NCBI GenBank assembly: GCA_951406725.2
Contig: OX597823.1
Span: forward strand, 78,802,001 to 78,866,000
Origin: Octopus vulgaris
Taxonomy: Eukaryota
Direction of reading: 5' to 3'
DNA length: 64,000 nucleotides
The notes under the pieces are model-generated. The model had not been told where the DNA came from, did no database searches, and saw only the letters and a list, made by a program, of their open reading frames with translations. A program made the translations under genes and the position numbers. Of the stretch, positions 12,960 to 27,539 are shown in pieces (position 1 is the stretch's first letter; each line of letters opens with the position of its first letter).

Positions 12960-13511
12960 CTGAAGATAAGGGAGAAAACAAACCAGCATAAGAAAAATAA
13001 TAACACAAAATTAGGGAACAATATACATGGATGTGAGAAGAGCCGACATCTAAATTTATGAGGTGCCTAAGCAGCCGGGTAGTCATATACTTACATTTAT
13101 TGTGTTAAGATGAAAAACCCTCACCCTTGTATTCAAGGTAGGCCCCTGTGCTGATTCCTTGAATATGATTCGATCCCTTTTTATAGTCTACACGTCCTAC
13201 TAAGGTACCGGAAGGTCTGCACTTTTCTTGTAGTCCTCACTTGATCTTATATTGTGCAGTGGTTTCTTCCAATATCCATATATACCTTACGAAAGGTGGA
13301 GTGTCATATCACTGTCAGATGTTAAATGGGGACCTGAATAACTTTTAGTAAATATGCTCAAACCTAGCAACTCTCATGTTGAGGTACCGTCACATGCTAT
13401 CAAAATAGTCAATGTGATAGAGAAAATAAAAATATGCGGGTGAAAATGAAGACCCCCTCCCCGAGACCTGATTAAACAACCACAAGTGAGAAGGAAACGG
13501 TAATAAGCCTT

Positions 13512-13744
13512 AAGGCGGCGAGCTGGCAGAACCGTTAGCACGCCGGGCGAAATGCGTGGCCGTATTTCGTCTGCCGCTACGTTCTGAGTTCAAATTCCGC
13601 CGAGGTCAACTTTGCCTTTCATCCTTTTGGGGTCGATAAATTAAGTACCAGTTACGCACTGGGGTCGATGCAATCGACTTAATACTTATGTCTGTCCTTG
13701 TTTGTCCCCTCTGTGTTTAGCCCCTTGTGGGTAATAAAGAAATA
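13512..13744 (+). mobile_element. tRNA-derived SINE with Meta/MESC-like domain, full monomer
   Basis: A box TGGCAGAACCG and B box GAGTTCAAATTCC. 13-bp TSD GGTAATAAGCCTT at 13499-13511 and 13745-13757. Confidence 0.9.
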
Positions 13745-14831
13745 GGTAATAAGCCTTCTGGTAATGTAGAGCTGGACAGAGTTGAGATTGCTCTAGTACG
13801 GACAGATAAATCAATGTGTGTTGGGTTAAATATTAAACTGAAATGATGAACCTAGCAACACAGTAACGATTCCTAAATATTTTAAAATCCGTTCAACAGC
13901 AGCAATAATAGGATCCCGGAGTATTGATACGTATGTGGTACCATCTTCCTCTATATTTACCCTCGTTGATATCTGTTACATAAATAAATGTCATTTAGAC
14001 GCAAAATCTGCAAGAAACTGTAGCATATCCATCATGCCTGCTTGGATTGTCTCAGGGACACAACGGGCACTCAAAACGCATGCGCAAAACACAACAGCCC
14101 TTACAGATAACGGAAGTGGTAAAAGGAATATAAGGGGTCCGACAGACAGGATCAGCCTCTTTTCCATTTGGGCAGTCAGCTTGTGAACTGCCCACAGCTA
14201 GGACTGCTAGCTCTCTTCCTCTGTATCAGCGCTCTATACGTGGTATCGCGATGCCTGCCTCACAGTGCGTAACATTTGTTAACGAATTCACACACACACA
14301 CACACACACACAGTGTTTCTAAGCATATCATGCCAGGATGCCGTAGCATTTTACAATGAATAAATCGCTGTCGCTAAATTGCCTGAGTTTATTGCTTCCT
14401 CTCCGCAAAACTGCTATTTACCAACACTACACGCATGCCTGTCTTGATTCCCTGAAATTCCACCATTGCAGTCACAAATACACATCTAAACTATATTTTA
14501 AAAAACACTGTATGTTTTCATGTACAGCATGTTCACACTGTTATACGACACCGCATGCAGTTAAACAAGCAAACAATACGGACAACTCATCGCCATCACG
14601 TTTTTATCTCTCTCTCTCTCTCTCTCAACTCCCAAACAATCGTTCTTAACACTCTCTTCAAAAATATCCATGGCTACATTGCCTCTTTACAGAGAGAAAC
14701 AAATCTATCTTTTAAAAAAAATCTATTGTTTGCTGTGCTAAACTATTCGAATGCTTCAATTACCTCTTCGTTATTTAGAAGTGTTTTATTCTTTATGGAT
14801 TTATTGTTTTATTGTTTATGGTTCCTTCCCT

Positions 14832-16030
<1,199 letters not shown>

Positions 16031-16119
16031 AGTTCTGCCGATAGCAGTCGAAGACGTACGGAACGCAATGACTGGCTGCACAAGAGAGAATTCTCCGGGG
16101 CTGGATGGTCTGGCATTTG

Positions 16120-16433
16120 AAACGAAACTCTGCCTCATCCGCCATACTCACCAAACCTCACGCCTACCGACTACCACTTTTTCAAGCATCTCGACAACCT
16201 CCTGCGTGAGAAATGCTTCAAAAACCAAGACGATGCCATTCACGCCTTCAACGACTTCATCGCCACCAGAACACAGGATTTTTACGCTAATTGCATAAAA
16301 AAATACTTGTTTGGCGTTGGCAAAAGTATGTTGATTCAAATTTATTTCGATTAATAGAGTTTTGTTTGAGCTGAGATATGTGCATCTGAATTTAAAGTTT
16401 AAAAACCGCAAGAACGTTCTTGACAACCTAATA
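16120..16433 (+). mobile_element. Mariner transposon 3' relic
   Basis: Translates ETLPHPPYSPNLTPTDYHFFKHLDN (YSPDLAPxDY motif). Ends in TIR-like ACAACCTAATA. Confidence 0.8.
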
Positions 16434-16610
16434 ACTGTGTCAGAAGCATAACTAAAAGCAATGCTGTTGCTTATATTTGTGATATAAAATAAAAAGAAGA
16501 AATTAATTACGCTGATGTTCATGTATTAGAGTATAAAATATAAGATACTAAGAAACCTCTAAGTCTTGCTTTAACACAGAATCGGAACAGTATTGAACAC
16601 ATGTCCTTAC

Positions 16611-16651
16611 CATTGCGCTTTCCAATTTTGAGATGGGTTGAACAATCCGTC
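16611..16651 (-). CDS. Exon 2 (41-nt mini-exon) of secreted EGF-domain protein
   Basis: Acceptor tttttcttcacag, donor GTAAGG. Converts phase 2 of exon 1 to phase 1 of exon 3. Encodes (R)TDCSTHLKIGKRN(D). Confidence 0.75.
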
Positions 16652-16879
16652 CTGTGAAGAAAAATAATGTTAGAATATCAGAATGTATAACGAGAACATA
16701 GTGCGCTGTGGGAAATCTTCGTTCTACTCTTCAATCGCTATTTGAACGAGGATAGCATACTGTCACTGCGGAAAGAATGGAATATCATCCTGCTTCTTAG
16801 GACGGGTGATAAAGAAGATTTTAAATTACTATAGCAAACTAAGCCTTTTTTCCCTCATCTTTACGAGCTTCTTACAATG

Positions 16880-17110
16880 TCATCAGACTATCAAAACACC
16901 TCGATGGCCAACAGAGTTGTGAAAGGACAAATCCAGTTGGGACGGACAGGTCGAAGGGTTAACAGGCAACATGTGGATCCGTGCAGTTTTTGAGTGGAAT
17001 CCAAGAAATTGGAAAAAAAGGTCACTTGGACGGTCATCACGACGATGGGAAGATAATTTGGCCAAGCAATTCGGGCCAAGATGGAAAAAAATGGCAGAAG
17101 CAAGAACAAA
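16880..17110 (+). mobile_element. Highly decayed RTE LINE 3' fragment
   Basis: Weak similarity (W.G.V...W.PR..K..G) to the RTE C-terminus seen at 38520-38865. Confidence 0.4.
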
Positions 17111-17534
17111 TTAGAAGCGCATCGTGCCTAGTGGTGTATCTTGTATTAGGGGAAAGTAAAACATTTACGAAGGTCTAACGAACAACACACAAGTCTAATA
17201 CAGAAACTAAAGATTTTCATTTGTGACTATTATCAGAGAGGAATTGGTTTAAGTAAAATCAAGAACAACATGAAATATTTAAATGCTTGGTTGATTCAGG
17301 CACCTTGAGTCCCTTCTGCTGCAATCCTTAAAACCAGGCCCCCTTCTCTCCCCTTCTTTTATTCCAATCTCAGACGCCCTGTAGAAAGTTATGTGCTTCG
17401 CCCACTCCATCTTGTCTGAAATATTTAAAAGAGACCCAAGCACTAAACTCGCTTGAAATGTTTAATAAGAGATTAGACAACGCCAGGGTTAAGTTGGAAT
17501 CGGGTAGAGTAAAACAATAATACACGAAATTTAC

Positions 17535-17740
17535 CTCAGCGCAGCCTTTCCTCCTTCTGTAGTTGAGGGACTGTCAGTTACGGCCTTATCTTCCCCATCT
17601 GACGCTGTTACGTTCTCGAACGGTTTTGCAATCACAGTCACTTCTTCATTATTCACTGACGGTCGTTCAGTCGTCTGCTTTCCTTCAATCACCAAAAGAC
17701 CCACAACGAAAACAAATGAGAAAAGTACGAGGTTCTTCAT
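17535..17740 (-). CDS. Exon 1 of secreted EGF-domain protein (signal peptide and acidic/Thr-rich spacer)
   Basis: ATAGCC-ATG context. MKNLVLFSFVFVVGLLVIEG hydrophobic signal peptide. Donor AG|GTAAAT, phase 2. The three exons total 447 nt = 148 aa plus stop with no internal stop. Confidence 0.8.
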
Positions 17741-17990
17741 GGCTATAATTTTTTTCTTTCCAGTGCCCCTCCTGCTTACTGACACAAGAACGGCTTGTAG
17801 TATCAGAAGGAATAGATTTGAGTGACACAGAACACAGAATGGATGTCTAGTTCTTCCTGTTGGAGTTGTCTTGTCTTCTGGTGGTTCCTGCAACACAAGG
17901 AAGCCTTCGTCAACAGCAGCGGGAGTTCCAGCAGCAGAATCGAGTTATACAGTCGGTCTGATTCTGTCACATTTCTACAAGACACTCACA

Positions 17991-18054
17991 TTTATAACAA
18001 ATCTTCATCCTTCTCCCCTGCAATTTGATTGGCCCCAAACAAGTTTTGACGTCA
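17991..18054 (-). promoter_or_regulatory. Putative Pol II promoter: TATA, CCAAT and full CRE
   Basis: TATAAA 17996-17991, CCAAT 18032-18028, TGACGTCA 18047-18054, and Inr-like TCAGA near 17960, ~220 nt upstream of the ATG. Confidence 0.6.
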
Positions 18055-18250
18055 TCAAATCCGGAATGTTAAGACAAAAAACAGCAACGTACACCGCCCG
18101 CCGTCTATACCCCTTCACCAAAGCAACCAGACTGCCACGCTGGAAATCTTTTCTGTAAACAAGCTCCAGAATAAAAAAAAGGTGAAGCGAATTGTCACAC
18201 ACGTATGAGTATGTGTTTACGCACGCACACAGACACACACATATACGTAC

Positions 18251-18288
<38 letters not shown>

Positions 18289-18514
18289 TCAGATACTGAA
18301 GAATCTGAGGGCCTGTGGAAGATTGGCTTGATTTAATTTAATCAGGTTAGTTTACCATTAATCAGCAGATGAAACGGTATATCGTATAAGAAATTACAGG
18401 GTAAATGTTTTTAAATTTTCTCCTGGTTTACTGAATTAACTTTTATTTGCGGTTGAAGCTTTGGCTGTTATTTCTAGTGGGTGAATGGCCTATTACGGCC
18501 GTTCCTTTATTGTT

Positions 18515-18545
<31 letters not shown>

Positions 18546-19190
18546 ACACAAACACACATATACACATATAGGCGCAGCCGTGACTGTGTGGTAAGTAGCT
18601 TACAATTACATGCCAAACTTGCAAAAGCAAGCAAGACATAACCTAACATAGCAACCAATAGACTTGCGCAGTCAACCCTACCCCCTCCCTTCATTGTTTT
18701 GTGTAGAAATGCTGACACACCGAATTCCTTAAGGGAAGAAATACTTGACTTTGTATTTTTGAGCGTTACATTGTCAAAGTAAGACGATTGAATCCGATGA
18801 GACTAAAATACATAAAATCCCGTCATGCATTGTGCGTACATAACAAAACAGAAACACCTGCAGGCTTGTTTACAAAGTCCGACACACACGAATAAATTCT
18901 AAATAATAATTTAACGTCAAATCGGATTAATGAGGACAAAGCTAATAACCACCTCATTCAAATCCACTCACCCCAAAAATGTTTTTAACTCAGCAAAAAT
19001 ACGTGAAGCCAAGATTAATTTTAATGCAAATCAGACCGATCATGGCTTAGCTGGTCGAAACTTCAAAGTGACTGTCAACAATATTTTTGTATAAGAATAT
19101 AAAATATGCATTCCTCAAAAGCATAGAATAATCCGCCGGGTTAATGTAAAGTTGCTTTTAATATTGAACATAAAAACACCAATATCAATA

Positions 19191-20298
19191 AACGAGGGAG
19201 AGTCAAAAATTATATGCCCTTTTGTTTTCTGAATCTATTTACCCCCAAAATAAGGGGATGAACAAGCAAGTCATTTCTCTATATAGTCTACTTCCTTTTT
19301 GATGCACTTGGTCCAGTGGCCCACAAGCTATCGTATTCTCTCCGAGATGAAGGTTTTCTGTTGGTCATAGTTAAGTTAAGTCAAGTTAATATTTTGGCTC
19401 AAAAAGCAAAAAGCAAGGCCATGTAGGGGGACATGGAGTTATGTACAGGGTGGTGTTCATGCAAAGAGTTCAGCCCATTTCTGGTCAAAAGAGACTTTGA
19501 ACCGAGCGGTCGTCGGCATCTTCACTATCTCGTCCGGCAGCTTATTCCACGGATATGCAACCCGGACGGAGAAAGCCTCTCTCCTTCGATTGAGATGAAA
19601 TCGTCGCAGATAGAGCTTTTCGGAGTGACCCCGCAGCCGACGCTCTGGAGCAGGAGTGAAGAACAGCTCTTTCGAGAGGTTACACTTTCCGCTTATGATG
19701 TGAGCAAGAATGAGATCACCACGGCGTCGTCGTTTTTCGAGAGAATAAAGGTCGAGCGTCTTCAGCCTTTCTTCATAAGACAAATGATTGAGACCAAGAA
19801 CCATGCGGGTAGCCAGCTTCTGGACTCTTTCGAGATGATGTATGTCTTTGAGGAGATAAGGAGAAGAGGCTTACCATTTATGTATCGCTTCCTTCACATC
19901 TTCATGTGTAGGAAATCGACGATCTCGTAAACAATCTTTGTTGATCGTACAATACTTTTCCTGCTAATCTTCAAATATAGTCCCTTTTGAGGATTTCTCA
20001 GCGGAAGACTGAGCCTTGAATTTCTTCGTCGCTGGCGAGCCAGGATTTTTTCCAATTCAGCACCCGACACATCTTCCGACCAGGGAAGTCGAATCACTGG
20101 TTTTTGCTCTTCTTTTGTACACATTGCGAGTGGAGCGGCCATACGTACACAGAAAGTAAAATGGCGCACTCAGGGTCAAACTTCGATCACGTAACCACCA
20201 TTGCACCAACTATAAACACGCATGCCCTGAAGGCAGTGCGACAATAATAGAGATATATTATGGCGAAAGAGCGGATAATTTTTGTATTTCCCCGTGTA
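19191..20298 (-). mobile_element. Internally deleted mariner element
   Basis: Imperfect TIRs (ACGAGGGAGAGTCAAAAATTAT / ATAATTTTTGTATTTCCCGTGT). N-terminal MAAPLAMCTKEEQKPVIR and C-terminal HWTKCIKKEVDYIEK*. Confidence 0.75.
19367..19855 (-). mobile_element. CR1-type LINE 3' fragment nested in mariner
   Basis: LSYEERLKTLDLYSLEKRRRRGDLI...RGHSEKL...FSVRV..WNKLP. Short (TTAAC)n-type tail. Confidence 0.85.
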
Positions 20299-20349
20299 TA
20301 TATATGTATAAAATAGACATTACCATATATAAAAGGATAATAGTTATAG

Positions 20350-20381
<32 letters not shown>

Positions 20382-20394
20382 AATATAATATGCA

Positions 20395-20651
20395 GCAATT
20401 ATTCGGTAGCCATGGTAAAACTCCTAATTTCGGATGTCGAGACGGAAAACCACGCTGGCATCTCTTCAGTTATCGGACTATCAAAAAAAATGGCTCAAAT
20501 ACTGAAGAGATGTCGGCGTGGGTTTCCGCCACGACATCCGAAACTCGGAGTTTCATCATGGCTACCGGATAATTGTCACATATAATAATTACAGATGAAT
20601 TCTTCTATTTACATAATATCGAGGTCTCCTTCATTCTTTTATTGTCTTACC

Positions 20652-20655
<4 letters not shown>
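20395..20655. mobile_element. Penelope-like pseudo-LTR with inverted partial copy
   Basis: 20395-20472 is the reverse complement of ~20500-20575. Both carry the CTGAAGA...CGAAA motif. Homologous to 2500-2655. Sits in (TA)n/(TC)n. Confidence 0.6.
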
Positions 20656-20720
<65 letters not shown>

Positions 20721-20902
20721 GCCCTATCTCAATTTGCAACTATATGTAAATATATATATACATACATATATATTTATGTATATATATATATGTATATACA
20801 TATACATACATGTACATATATATATATAGGTATACATATACATATATATATACATATACATATATATATATGTATATATATATATACATACATATATATA
20901 TG

Positions 20903-20941
<39 letters not shown>

Positions 20942-21179
20942 ATACATACATACATAGGCAGATATGTAGGTAGACAGATAAATAGATAGATAGTTGGAAG
21001 CTTCAGTGATGGAATTCTTCCATTCGAAGGGCGAGTACTGGTATCAGTATGGGATCAGTATGGGATTAATAACTTTTAATGTTTACAACTTTTGGGTAAT
21101 TCTAACCAATCGAAACCCTGTACGCTGTGTTTTCCTGCTTGTACGCATCTGTTGCCGTTTTGGTTATTTTGTGTTGCAT

Positions 21180-21715
21180 TTTCGATAAACTACAAAAGTA
21201 TTCATCAAGGCATCTTTTTACGTCCTCCAAGAAGTTGAAATTCTTACCATTAAGACTATTCTGCAGAGACCTGAATCAATGACCATTGATTTTTTGTTGA
21301 GCCTGTAGATCAACATAACTTCTTTGATACGAAGTGTTCCTGTATTCCTCTACGAGGCTGGTCTGGAGGCGTCTATCTCTTTGGCAGTGTTGCCGCATTT
21401 GCTTAAGTGTCTGCGGAAGGAAAATTCATCGTTGTTAGGTGTTCCTTAATTCGGACTTGGAATGGACGGACTGTGCTTCAGATGTAATAGTTATAGCATT
21501 TGCTGCACTGTATCAGGGATGCCACGTATATACGTAGGCAAATATACGTGTAACGAATAAAGCAGTTCGCCAGTATGCAGGGCTGTTGTTCTGCACGTGA
21601 CCATCTCGTTGATAAGTGCACACATAGAGATGGTCTTGAAACGGCCTGTAGTATGTTGAAGGCTTCCCTGCGGATGGCCTTTGTGATCAAAATATAAAGG
21701 TATGATTTTTGTAAA
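21180..21715 (-). mobile_element. Penelope-like element remnant, GIY-YIG endonuclease region
   Basis: Reads LIQCSKCYNYYI*STVRPFQVRIKEHL (YIG.T.R...R..EH motif, with GGA>TGA). Confidence 0.7.
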
Positions 21716-21747
21716 ACTTTCTGCACATATGTGTGCAAATATGTATA

Positions 21748-21819
<72 letters not shown>

Positions 21820-21917
21820 CATATATATATACATACATACATATACATACATACATATACATACATACATACATACATACATACATACATACATACATAC
21901 ATACATACATACATACA

Positions 21918-21950
<33 letters not shown>

Positions 21951-21962
21951 GTATGTATATCT

Positions 21963-21993
<31 letters not shown>

Positions 21994-22201
21994 TATATAT
22001 TTCAAAATGTTACCACATGTGAATTGTTGGCGACTTTTTCCTCCGTCTTCCCTTCTGTTGGAATTTCCTCTCTCTCCGAAGATGAGCGTCTGCTCGAAAC
22101 GTTAAACTACCTTTATTTCCTTCCCTTAGCGTCTGCTAATATTTTACATGTACCACGTCCTCGCGTTGTGTTGTTTTTGTGTTGTTCTTCTTTTTGAGAT
22201 T

Positions 22202-22253
<52 letters not shown>

Positions 22254-22811
22254 GAAGGTTTGAAAATGCAATTTTAGACGATGTTTATTTCCTTGATCGG
22301 TTTTACTTTTTAAGAAAAAGATTGTCAAAAGTAACATTTAAAAACTTTGTTGTGTTAGGTACTGGTTGTCACAAAATATTACAATACATATGTACATTCT
22401 TTGATAATAATAAGAACATGTTAAAAACAGTTTACAAAGAAAATAATGGGAAAATATAAAAAAATTAAAAAGTTCTTTAAAATATTAGGCACAAAATATT
22501 ACAATACATATATACATTCTTTGATAAAAATATGAAAATGTTAAAAACAGTTTATATAAAAAATTATTAAAAAGTTCATAAAGAAAATTGGGATTTCATT
22601 AAAAATCATGTTTGTTTGGAAGTATCTATATATATAAACAGAAAATTATAAGTTCAAAAAGGTCATATTTTGTTAGTATATATATGTACAACGAAGGAGA
22701 CAGACATATTCAGTTTACAAAGAATTTGAGATGAACTGACCTGTTTCACCATTTTATCGTAAAAGACTATTTTCTATTTCAAGGGACAGTTTATATACAT
22801 ATACATAAATA

Positions 22812-23115
22812 TCACGTGATCACGTGACCGACCAGACCATCAGATGCTGCTACATATCGCTGGTCACAATGCGTTCGCATTGTTTTTAGCCTTCGAATGA
22901 CGCCACCCCGCTGGCTAAGCGAGCAGGCCAACAGAAGAAAGAGTGAAAGAGCGTGGTGAAAGAGTACAGCAGGGATCACCACCCCCTGCCGGAGCTTCGT
23001 GGAGCTTTTAGGTGTTTTCGCTCAATAAACACACACAACGCCCTGTCTGGGGATCGAAACCGCGATTCTACGACCGCGAGTCCGCTGCCTTAACCACTGG
23101 GTCATTGCGCCTCCA
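22812..23115 (-). mobile_element. tRNA-derived SINE (head shared with 38914 and 46817 copies; tail type 1)
   Basis: A box TGACCCAGTGG and B-box-like TTTCGATCCCC. Tail homologous to 61575-61695. Confidence 0.8.
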
Positions 23116-23133
23116 CTATATACATAAATATTT

Positions 23134-23263
<130 letters not shown>

Positions 23264-23264
23264 G

Positions 23265-23460
23265 TGCGTGCATGTTGTCGAAGAAAGGGCACAGGGCAGT
23301 AAGTGAAGAGGAAGGTAGACAACATTGATAGACAACATTAAGAGGTTGTTGGACGAGGGTGGTTGGGCATTTGGAGCGCTCGTGCTCCATTGGCTAGGTT
23401 TTCATCATAATGTCATCAATGCACTAAAGGTGTGCGATAAATGACGATGACGACGACGAT
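23265..23460 (+). mobile_element. Decayed RTE 3' end
   Basis: [22 protein letters not shown] resembles the RTE C-terminus. (GAT/GAC)n tail. Confidence 0.4.
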
Positions 23461-24359
23461 ATACACATATATTTAGAGAGGGGGAGGAATGGGAAGAGAG
23501 TGTGTATTAGTCTGTGTAGGGTTGTTTTGTGGTAGTCATAAAACCGATAGGGAGGAACTTCTTCCACGAAAAGATAGCTTAAACTGTGCTCTAAATGGAG
23601 GTGTAGTCAAATCCTATTTTATGGACTCAACCATGTTCTAAAATAAGTCGAAAGGTAAGCTACTAAAATAAGTCGAAAGGTAAGCTACTATAAATCGGCA
23701 CGAACTTTCCGGATAATCTAATATTTGATGAAGGGAATTCATTAGCAGTGGCAAAACGCGTTAAGAATTTATCTTCTTGTTTTCTTTCTTTTTTTAACGA
23801 TGAAGTCAAGTTATGCTGATACAGTTTATAAATCTTCTCGTAATGTTTTTAATGATGTCATGTTCAGTTAGTTTGAAATTCTGTCGGTTGATAGTTTTAC
23901 CAAAAATATGATCAATGATAGGAGATTTAAAGTTATGCAGCTTCATAAAGAGTTCACTATGTCATGTAATTGTATGACACGGATGATGAATGTAGAAAAT
24001 GGACATTCAGAAGTAAGAATAAAAATGTATTAAAAAAGAAATTAATGATGATTCTAAAAATAATTAATAGTCTGTTATAATCAGACTTTAGTTAATTGAC
24101 ACGTTTCACCCAACTCATTTTCCCAATTTTTTTTTTAATATTTTGGCATAACAACAAATTCTCTTGTTAATCTATAAATAAAAGTTGAGGCTAAATTTTG
24201 AAAAATGTAGCTGAAATTAGTATATATTATTGCCATATTTATATAACACGCGTATACAAAATCGCAGTAGTGTGTGATGCGAAAATCATATTAATCATAA
24301 ATAATGATAAAAATAATAATGATGATAATGATGAAAATAATAATAATAGTAATAATAAC

Positions 24360-24433
<74 letters not shown>

Positions 24434-26404
24434 GTATACGCAGCAGCCACTGCAGCCACAAAAGAAGCTGGATACTCACACAAACCCATCCAAACAGGAG
24501 TACTACCACCCAAACAAACACTGTGGATAAATAACATCCAAAACAAAATACAAAAAATGAGAAAAGATCTGTCGATTCTGAATGAAATCAGTAGATAATC
24601 AACGCTACTGAGCAACAAAAAGAAAACAAAAATACTCTGCAAATATCACATCACAGAAAAGGATTTACCTGAGATAAAAAAGAAAAGCTGAAGCAAGATA
24701 TCCTTGCCAAAGCATAAAGGATCCGCCTGTACGAGAAACGCCAGCGCTTCTTTGAACAAAACAAAAAGTTCAACTCCAACCCCAAAAAGTTCTACCAAGA
24801 ACTTGGCAAAAATAAAATAGAAGTCACTGCAGCACCAACGGCAGAAGAATTGGAAGAATTCTGGAGAGAAATATGGTCGGCGAACGAACAACAAAAAAAA
24901 AGAAGTATCAAAACAACAAACTCAGCATCTGAGCAATTTGGACCCCCATAACAACTGAAGAGGTCACCCAGGCACTGCAAAGACTAAGCAACTGGAAGGC
25001 ACCTGGGCATGACAAGATCCCCAACTTCTGGATGAAATATCTAACAGGAATGCACAAAAGGCTGGCTGAAAACTTTAACAGCATACTAGCAGAGCCAGAG
25101 ACAATGCGTGAATGGCTCACGAAGGGGAAAACCATCTTAATTCCCAAATCAAATGAGACAGCAAAACCAGAAAACTACAGACCAATAACATGTCTCCCTA
25201 CAATATACAAGGCATTTACTGCAGTGATAACGCAAAGGTTGAATAAGCACCTGGACGAAAACAACCTGTTTCCAGAAGAGCAGAAAGGATGCCGCAAAGG
25301 CTCATATGACTGTAAAGATCAACTAATTAGTTGATCAAATTAGCCATAACTGAAGACAACCATAGAAAGAAGAAAGGCCTCAGTATGACCTGGATAGCTT
25401 ACAAAAAGGCGTTTGATAGCATCCCCCACACATGGATCCTCGAAACACTAACCATTAACAAAGTAGCACCAACCCTTATAAAATTCATAGAGCACTCTAT
25501 GATTAAATGGCAAACCGTGCTACAGCTCCAAAAAAAAGAGGGACTCATGAAAACCAAAGCCATCCCCATTAGAAGAGGAATATTCCAGGGAGACACGCTC
25601 TCTCCACTCCTTTTCTGCTTGGCACTGTCACCTCTATCTGATATGCTAAATAGAACTGGATGCGGATATAAATGTTACGGCAAAACGATCAGCCACCTTT
25701 TATATATGGATGACCTAAAACTATACGCTGCAAATGAGAAACAGCTAGAAACACTATTAAAGACAGTTCATGGATTTACCAAAGAAATAGATATGAAATT
25801 TGCATTAGAAAAATGCGCCAAAGTAACCCTGAAAAGAGGAAAACTAGTTAAGGGTAGCAACATCACACTAGATAAAACCAATGAAATAAAAGAATTAGAC
25901 CAAGGCCAAACTTACAAATACTTAGGAATCCATGAACTAGATAAGACACAACACACACAAATGAAAGAGAAAATAAAAAAAGAATATTATAGACGAGTTA
26001 GATCAATACTAAAAACAGAGCTCAATGCTAAAAACAAGATAATAGGTATTAACACTTTAGCTGTCCCAGTTATAAGTTACAGCTACAATATCCTTAACTG
26101 GACACTAAATGAACTGACCAAAATAGATAGGAAAAGAAGAAAAATAATGACAGGATCTCGGATGCATCACCCAAAATCTGACATAGAAATACTATATATA
26201 CAACGTATAGAAGGTGGTAGAGGCCTTATACAGCTAGAAAACTACTATAAAATAACCACCATTGGACTGAAAAAATATCTACTTCAGAAGGAAGGAAAAG
26301 TGATACAAATAGCGGCAAAACACGAGCAAAACAAAAAACTGTTCTCAGTATTTAAGGAAGCTGACAAATACAAACAAGAAATCATACCACCTAATAAATA
26401 TGAA

Positions 26405-26435
<31 letters not shown>

Positions 26436-27443
26436 AAGAAGAAGAAGAAGAAGAAGAAGAAGAAGAAGAAGAAGAAGAAGAAGAAGAAGAAGAAGAAGAA
26501 GAAGAAGAAACAACAAAAGCTATAAAACAAATGAAATCCAAACTAAAAACAGAACAGCAACGAACCATGATAAAACGATGGCAAGAAAAGCCCCTTCATG
26601 GTAAATACTGGACTAAACTAAACGCGAAAGAAATAGACAAAGAAAAATCTCAGCAATGGTTGAGAAGCTCAGGACTCAAAGCAGAAACAGAGGGATTTTT
26701 AATTGCAGCACAAGACCAAAGCCTCCCCACCAGAAATTACCAAAAACATGTAATGAAAAGAAATATAACAAGTAACTGCAGAATACGTGGAGATGGACAA
26801 GAAACAATAAATCATATTATCTCTGGCTGCCCAGTGCTGGCTAAGAAGGAATATATTCACAGACATGACAGAGCTGGAACCTACATACACTGGAAGCTAT
26901 GCCAACATTATGGAATAACAACAGAAAAAAGATGGTATAGGTACACACCAGAAAAGGTTACAGAAAATGAGAAAGCAACCATACTCTGGGATATGCCGAT
27001 ACACAAAGATAGAGAAATTAAGGCCAACAGACCAGATATAGTTGTCAGAGATCATGAAGAAAAAAACTGCTTTCTAATTGATGTATCAATACCGGCAGAT
27101 GACAACGTGTCTCTAAAAGAAATGGAGAAACTTTCAAAATACCAATACCTGGAAATAGAGGTAACCAGAATGTGGAATCTAAAAACAGAAACAATTCCTA
27201 TCATAGTAGGTGCATTAGGCATGATAAAAAAATATTCAGACAAATACATAACAAAAGCACCAGGACTTACAAACACATATAACATACAGAAAATTGCACT
27301 ACTACGCACTGCACACATCCTACGCAGAACACTTTCCATACAATAACCATGAGAGCATCACAACAAATCACAGCACATCACTAAGGCACACAGAGCTGCG
27401 CTCGGTAGTGAAGTGAAAGCACGCTATAAAAATTAAACTACTG
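24434..27443 (+). mobile_element. R4/Dong non-LTR retrotransposon family A, 5'-truncated, recently inactivated
   Basis: RT motifs NYRPITCL, GIFQGDTLSPLLF and YMDD. Zn-knuckle remnant, RHD, RPDIV..D..K..KY (RLE). Few stops or frameshifts. (AAT)n on both sides. Confidence 0.95.
25032..27346 (+). pseudogene. Disrupted RT-RLE ORF of Dong family A
   Basis: ORFs 25032-25334, 25331-26407 and 26531-27346. Frameshift near 25330. The last two ORFs are in the same frame, separated by one TAA and (GAA)~34. Confidence 0.9.
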
Positions 27444-27477
27444 AATGATAATAATAATAATGATAATAATAATAATG

Positions 27478-27517
<40 letters not shown>

Positions 27518-27539
27518 TAATAATAATAATGATAATAAT

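Noticed and set aside
13512-13600. tRNA genes at SINE heads
   Set aside because: A and B boxes are present, but there is no cloverleaf and they continue into SINE bodies with TSDs.
22365-22580. ~120-bp tandem duplication (also 25-bp at ~23640 and 20-bp at ~61320)
   Set aside because: Ordinary local slippage duplications with no further structure.
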